From positions 32,001-96,000 of the forward strand of contig OZ250172.1 of NCBI GenBank assembly GCA_965237905.1: 64,000 nt of DNA, in the 5' to 3' direction. The stretch is from Nitrospinaceae bacterium (GTDB lineage Bacteria; Nitrospinota; Nitrospinia; Nitrospinales; Nitrospinaceae). Positions 58,971 through 64,000 of the stretch are shown here, piece after piece (the stretch's first letter is position 1; each line of letters starts with the position of its first letter). Under the pieces are notes generated by a model. The model saw only the letters and a program-made list of their open reading frames with translations. It was not told where the DNA came from and did no database searches. A program made the position numbers and the translations under genes.

Positions 58971-61220
58971 TTACACACCCGCTTTTTGAGCTCCAACATA
59001 ATTCAGGGCAGAACCCGCATAGAACCATTGAATTTCGCCTTCATTCAACGCATGGTTCAATTGGATTTTTTCCGTTGAACCATCCTCATGCGTCACCGTC
59101 ATGGTCACTACCTGGCCGGGTTTGAGTGCATCCAGCCCTTCAAAGGAAATAGCGTCTTTCTGCTGGATTTTCTCATAATCACCCTTGTTCGAGAAGGTAA
59201 ACGGTAGAAGGCCCTGTTTCTTGAGGTTCGCCTCAAAAATCCGGGCAAAGGATTTGGCGATAATCGCCCGGCCACCCATATGGCGCGGCTCCATGGCGGC
59301 ATGCTCGCGGCTGGAACCCTCACCGATGTTTTCATCGGCGAAGACGACCCATCCTTCTCCTTTGTCCTTGTAGTGCCGGGCGATTTTGTTTAACTCGTCG
59401 GTTTCACCCGTCATCAGGTTATTGCCTTTGCCGGTTTCATCGTAATAGGAGTTGTTGGCACCCAAGAACAGGTTGTTGCTGATGTTGTCCAGGTGACCGC
59501 GGAACTTCAACCACGGACCGGCCTGCGAGATATGGTCGGTGGTGCATTTTCCCGCTGCTTTGAACAGCACCTTGAGGTTTTTATAATCCGTCACCGGATC
59601 CTGTTTCGGAAACGGTGCCAGGAGGGACAACCGTTCGCTCTTGGGATCAACGACAACTTCCCCCGACATAGTGGGAGCCATGTATCCGCTGTCCTTGGTG
59701 GCGTATCCCTGGTTCGGGTAAACCTCCCCGGTGGGTGGCTCAAACTTAAAATTGCCGATCGAGTCGGTCATGGGATTGAACTTCATGCTCCCTCCGAAAG
59801 CCATGGCGACCACGACCTCCGGACTGCTGATAAAGCTCAACGTTTCCGCGCTTCCGTCATTCCTTTTGGCAAAATTGCGGTTGTAAGAACTGATGATGCT
59901 GTTGGGTTCACCTTTTTTGACATCCTCCCGCTTCCACTGGCCGATACAGGGTCCGCAGGCGTTCGCCAGTACAGTGCCTCCAACATCTTCAAAATCCTTC
60001 AGGATTCCGTCCCGGCTGATCGTCTCAAAAATCCGCTCCGATCCGGGAGTCACCAGAAATTTAGATTTTGCCTTCAATCCCGCCTTTTTGGCCTGGCGGG
60101 CCAGACTAACGGCGCGGGTCAGATCTTCATAACTGGAATTGGTACAAGATCCGATCAATGCGGCCGACAATTTTTCCGGATATTTATTTTTGTCGACATC
60201 GGAAGCCATCTGCGAAATAGGACGTCCCAGGTCGGGAGTGTGCGGTCCGACGATATGCGGCTCCAGGGTGGACAGGTCAATTTCATGAATTTCGTCGTAA
60301 TATTTTTCAGGATCTTTTTCGACCTCCGGATCGGAAATCAAGTGTTCGGCGAATTTTTTACAGAGATCAGCCACGGTATCGCGCTCCGTTTTGCGGAGGT
60401 AGACGTCCATGCTCTCGTCATAGCCGAAGGTCGAGGTGGTGGCGCCAATTTCCGCCCCCATATTGGTGACGGTGCCTTTGCTGGTGGCGCTCAGGGATCG
60501 TGCGCCTTCACCAAAATATTCCAGAATTTTTCCGGTACCGCCTTTAACCGTCAACATGGTGGCCACCTTCAGGATGATATCCTTGGAAGCCGTCCAGCCG
60601 CTCAGTTTGCCGGTCAGTTTGGTGCCCACCAGTTTTGGCATCCGCGTCGCGAATTTCTGGCCGGTCATGACATCCACCGCATCGGCCCCGCCGACTCCGA
60701 TGGCAATCGTCCCCATTCCTCCGGCATTCGGAGTGTGAGAATCGGTACCAATGATCATGGTGCCGGGAACGGCATAATTCTCGAACACCACCTGGTGAAT
60801 AATGCCGGAACCGGGTTTCCAGAATCCCATGCCGTACTTCATGGCGGCAGACTCGAGAAAATCGTATACTTCCTTGTTGGTTTCAATAGCTGCTTTGAGA
60901 TCCGCCGAGGAGCCGGTAGAGGCTTGGATGAGATGGTCGCAGTGAACGGTGGTGGGAACCGCGACTTGGGGCATTTGGGCTGACATGAATTGCAAAATGG
61001 CCATCTGCGCGGTGGCGTCCTGCATGGCCACCCGGTCCGCATTTAAATAGATATCGGATTTTCCCCGTTCCAGTTTGGAAAAGTCAGTATCGGCATCCAT
61101 ATGCGAATAAAGAATTTTCTCCACAATGGTTAATTTCCGGCCCAGATTACTGCGGGCGGCGCTCAGGGATTTATCCATGGATTGAAACAATTTTTCAATG
61201 GGTGCTGGATCCAATAACAT
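58971..61220 (-). CDS. Aconitate hydratase (mitochondrial-type)
   Basis: DRVAMQDATAQMA, HCDH, DSHTPN, GSCTNSSYED, NACGPCIGQW, TTDHIS, GSSREHAA. Confidence 0.96.
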   Translation of the reverse strand: MLLDPAPIEKLFQSMDKSLSAARSNLGRKLTIVEKILYSHMDADTDFSKLERGKSDIYLNADRVAMQDATAQMAILQFMSAQMPQVAVPTTVHCDHLIQASTGSSADLKAAIETNKEVYDFLESAAMKYGMGFWKPGSGIIHQVVFENYAVPGTMIIGTDSHTPNAGGMGTIAIGVGGADAVDVMTGQKFATRMPKLVGTKLTGKLSGWTASKDIILKVATMLTVKGGTGKILEYFGEGARSLSATSKGTVTNMGAEIGATTSTFGYDESMDVYLRKTERDTVADLCKKFAEHLISDPEVEKDPEKYYDEIHEIDLSTLEPHIVGPHTPDLGRPISQMASDVDKNKYPEKLSAALIGSCTNSSYEDLTRAVSLARQAKKAGLKAKSKFLVTPGSERIFETISRDGILKDFEDVGGTVLANACGPCIGQWKREDVKKGEPNSIISSYNRNFAKRNDGSAETLSFISSPEVVVAMAFGGSMKFNPMTDSIGNFKFEPPTGEVYPNQGYATKDSGYMAPTMSGEVVVDPKSERLSLLAPFPKQDPVTDYKNLKVLFKAAGKCTTDHISQAGPWLKFRGHLDNISNNLFLGANNSYYDETGKGNNLMTGETDELNKIARHYKDKGEGWVVFADENIGEGSSREHAAMEPRHMGGRAIIAKSFARIFEANLKKQGLLPFTFSNKGDYEKIQQKDAISFEGLDALKPGQVVTMTVTHEDGSTEKIQLNHALNEGEIQWFYAGSALNYVGAQKAGV

Positions 61221-61449
61221 TGAACACTCTCCTTACACGATTAGTTTTTTTGTTGATATAATGGCTCCCCAATTACTGGAAACCGAACACAGGTTGGGGA
61301 AGTTTCGATGGTCAGGTCAATTTTGAAAGGCTTGATTCTGCCATGAAACCATTGAAAATTCAATTATTTTAAGGATAGGGCTTTTCTTTTGATATCTCGT
61401 TTAACTATAATTATTTTAATCAGTTAACAATAATTTATTAAGGTAAATT

Positions 61450-62223
61450 ATGAGTTCTGTTTTTGATTCATCCCAATTCAATGCCAACCTATTTTTCCCC
61501 CGACCCGACCGATTGGCGCCACCGGAAGGCGCCGATAAAATTTATGTCGAAGTGGAACCAGAGGTTAAAATCCATATCCGACGGTATCCTTCTCCCGATG
61601 CCCGGTTCAGCCTGTTGTATTTTCACGGCAACGGAGAGATTGCCTCGGATTACGATGAGCTGTCCAAGGCTTTTGCCTATCTGGGTGGGGAGTTTGTCGT
61701 CTGTGACTACCGGGGATATGGGCGGAGCAGCGGTCAGCCGACATTAAGAACAGTTCTTCAGGACGCCCACAAGGTTTATCAATCCTTGAAAAAGGATGGC
61801 AAGTTGCAGGATAAACTGTGCGTCATGGGCCGGTCTTTGGGAAGCGCTCCGGCAATCGAGTTGTGTTCGCATTATCCGGAGATCGATTGCTGTATCATCG
61901 AAAGCGGCTATGCCGATCCTGTCCCCCTGGTGGAACGACGGGGATTACGAATCGACGATACCACGCCGGAAGAAAATGCCCTGTTCAACAACAGTCAAAA
62001 AATCAAAAAAGTGACCTGTCCTTTGCTGATCATGCATGGCCAAGATGATATATTGATTTATCCCAATGAGGCGGAACTGAATTTTCAGCAGGCTGGGTCG
62101 GAATCCAAAGACTTGCAGATACTGGAAGGGGTAGGGCACAATGACATTCTCATGGCCCCGGACAACGGTTATTTTAAATGCCTGCAACGGTTTTTTGATA
62201 AAGTGCTGAATTCGGCGGAATGA
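61450..62223 (+). CDS. Alpha/beta hydrolase (ABHD13/17-like)
   Basis: FHGNGE, DYRGYG, GRSLG, HG..D, GHND. Confidence 0.88.
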   Translation: MSSVFDSSQFNANLFFPRPDRLAPPEGADKIYVEVEPEVKIHIRRYPSPDARFSLLYFHGNGEIASDYDELSKAFAYLGGEFVVCDYRGYGRSSGQPTLRTVLQDAHKVYQSLKKDGKLQDKLCVMGRSLGSAPAIELCSHYPEIDCCIIESGYADPVPLVERRGLRIDDTTPEENALFNNSQKIKKVTCPLLIMHGQDDILIYPNEAELNFQQAGSESKDLQILEGVGHNDILMAPDNGYFKCLQRFFDKVLNSAE

Positions 62224-62267
62224 AGATGAGAAGAGAGTTCTTCCGTTACAAATAGTTTGGAGATCTG

Positions 62268-63464
62268 ATGACCAAAAAGTTTTACAACATTGAAGGGCTC
62301 ATTCGAAACGGTTTTAAATTGAGCCGGAATTACCAAGCTCTGGATTTTCACTTCACCAAACTGGGAGATGCGGGAGTCACGGCTCTGGCAAAATCCAGGT
62401 CTGTCCGTCAATTGAGAAGTCTGATTATTCCCGTGCAGAAACTGGGGCCGGAAAGTGCAAAGGCGATTGCAGAGTCTGAAAACTTATCGAATCTCCAGTT
62501 CCTTAAGTTGTATAGAAATAAAATTGGCGATGAGGGGGTTAGTTTTATTTCTGATTCAAGTAATATGGCGAACCTGAAATCATTGCGCCTGGCCTGGAAT
62601 GAGATTTCCCATAAGGGAGCACAATTTATTGCAGACTCCGGAAATCTTCAGTCTCTTACCAGCCTTGTGCTTTCCCAAAACAATCTGGGAGATGAGGGGG
62701 TTAAGTTTTTAGCTGAAAGCAAGAACCTCCCCAATCTGGAGCTACTGGACCTCAAAAAAAATGGCATCACCGACGAGGGGGCACAGGCGCTAGCGAAAAG
62801 CCCAAATTTTATCCACCTGCAAAGTATTGATTTGACTGAAAACGAATTGACAGAAAAGGGTAAGGAGGCGATTGCCGGATTCCTGATCCTTAATCTGATC
62901 CGCAAACGCTTGAGTGAAGACGGCGAAGTGCTGGATCTCAGCAAGCTGAACCTCGGCGACATGCAGGTAAAAATTATATCCGGATATGAGGAATTGAAGG
63001 ATCTTAAGAAATTGTATCTGGAGCTCAATTATATTACCGCCGTCGGTGCTGAATATCTTGCCCAATCATCGTATTTGAAAAACCTGACCCTGCTTTCTCT
63101 GGACCGTAACCAGCTGGGTGATGAAGGGATTAAATTGATCGTTCAATCAGAGAATTTTGCCGACCTGGAAACGCTCATGGTTGAGAACAATGAAATCACC
63201 AATGAGGGCCTGCAGGCCATTGCGGAATCGGAACTGATGTCCAATCTGATCCGGTTGTATGTTGAGGGCAATTCGTATGACGATGAGGGCTGGGAGGCTT
63301 TGAGAGATTCGGAGTTTCTCCAGGATTTGGAATATCCTGTATTCGACAGGGAAGAGGAGGAAGAAGAAGAGGAAGAGGAGGAAGAAGAAGAATTCGAGGA
63401 TATCGAGGAGGAAGAAGAGGAAGAAGAGGAAGAAATCATCGAGGACGACGAATACACTCAGTAA
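62268..63464 (+). CDS. RNI-like leucine-rich repeat protein with poly-Glu tail
   Basis: Many 28-aa LxxLxLxxNxIgdeG repeats; Glu-run tail. Confidence 0.88.
   Translation: MTKKFYNIEGLIRNGFKLSRNYQALDFHFTKLGDAGVTALAKSRSVRQLRSLIIPVQKLGPESAKAIAESENLSNLQFLKLYRNKIGDEGVSFISDSSNMANLKSLRLAWNEISHKGAQFIADSGNLQSLTSLVLSQNNLGDEGVKFLAESKNLPNLELLDLKKNGITDEGAQALAKSPNFIHLQSIDLTENELTEKGKEAIAGFLILNLIRKRLSEDGEVLDLSKLNLGDMQVKIISGYEELKDLKKLYLELNYITAVGAEYLAQSSYLKNLTLLSLDRNQLGDEGIKLIVQSENFADLETLMVENNEITNEGLQAIAESELMSNLIRLYVEGNSYDDEGWEALRDSEFLQDLEYPVFDREEEEEEEEEEEEEEFEDIEEEEEEEEEEIIEDDEYTQ
63351..63452 (+). repeat. GAA/GAG low-complexity tract (poly-Glu)
   Basis: Mixed GAA/GAG codons encoding E15-FEDI-E10-IIEDDE. Confidence 0.9.
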
Positions 63465-63476
63465 GGGACCGGGAAT

Positions 63477-63671
63477 ATGAAAAATAAAATTCTCGGAACC
63501 ATCGGTATTCTCTGGGGAGGGGCCATCGTCGGTCGATGGTTACTGGGAAGTCCCCAGATATCCAATAGCCCTTCTTACCAGAGCGGACAAATTGTGGGAT
63601 TGGTTTGGGGCTTTTTGATGCTGGGCGTAGGATCCTATTACGTCTTCAAAAAAAACCGGCCTAAAGATTAA
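63477..63671 (+). CDS. Small 2-TM membrane protein
   Basis: Two Gly-rich hydrophobic helices with an SYQSGQ loop. Confidence 0.6.
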   Translation: MKNKILGTIGILWGGAIVGRWLLGSPQISNSPSYQSGQIVGLVWGFLMLGVGSYYVFKKNRPKD

Positions 63672-63683
63672 GAAAAAAATTAC

Positions 63684-64000
63684 CTACCACGAAGTCATCC
63701 ACAGTTCTTTCGAAGGCTTCATTTTAAATATATCCCCCACTCGTTGGGCAAATTCTTCCGGGTTGTACGATTTATTGTAATCGTTGGCTTCGTACCGGAA
63801 GGGATTCCAGGAAAGCACCATCCGCTCGATAAACATTTCATCCAGGGTTACATGGGTTATTTTTTTGATGATCCCGGTGTCTGAATCCACCAGGATGGCC
63901 GCCATGTTGCATTCCTCTTTGGCATAGAGCGCTTCGCAGAATCCCGGAGCCTCCTTTTCCATCTGGGAGGGATTGCAGGGAGCTTCCATAATCCAGTCCT
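63684..64000 (-). CDS. 3' part of a hypothetical protein continuing beyond the window
   Basis: Frame stays open to the window edge. Confidence 0.5.
   Translation of the reverse strand, partial: DWIMEAPCNPSQMEKEAPGFCEALYAKEECNMAAILVDSDTGIIKKITHVTLDEMFIERMVLSWNPFRYEANDYNKSYNPEEFAQRVGDIFKMKPSKELWMTSW

Noticed and set aside
59493..60983. 496-aa antisense ORF
   Set aside because: Shadow of aconitase caused by codon bias; no recognisable motifs.

Overview
A gene-dense, mostly housekeeping bacterial window. The gene set suggests a Nitrospinota-like nitrite oxidiser, but this is inference only: mitochondrial-type aconitase, SmbP, a split-cytochrome-b Rieske complex with an octaheme cytochrome c, PCP_red-domain protein, and LRR and FGE-sulfatase paralogs. 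Core blocks are msbA-oleA(frameshifted)-oleB, ahcY, a GAF/sigma54 activator divergent from flgB-fliE, aguBA, mfd-surA-like x2-tilS-ftsH-folP-pdxJ, gap-tpiA-secG-tRNA-Leu(GAG), the Rieske/cyt b cluster, metF, pgk, rne, ftsEX-envC-ctpA, tsaD-oleD, gpsA-larB and aconitase. The most striking structure is a ~0.7-kb unit at 945-1762. An orphan Tsi3-like T6SS immunity lipoprotein gene sits between two ~115-bp direct repeats that duplicate the msbA promoter and first 13 codons. The upstream copy forms a leaderless mini-ORF whose stop overlaps a TTG start of the cargo gene. Other leads are accessory genes around the Rieske/cyt b complex, dispersed ole genes, flgB-fliE without flgC, an orphan PhnY-like dioxygenase and recurrent poly-acidic C-termini. 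I saw no CRISPR array, transposase, integrase or rRNA. All family assignments come from motif recognition, not database searches.
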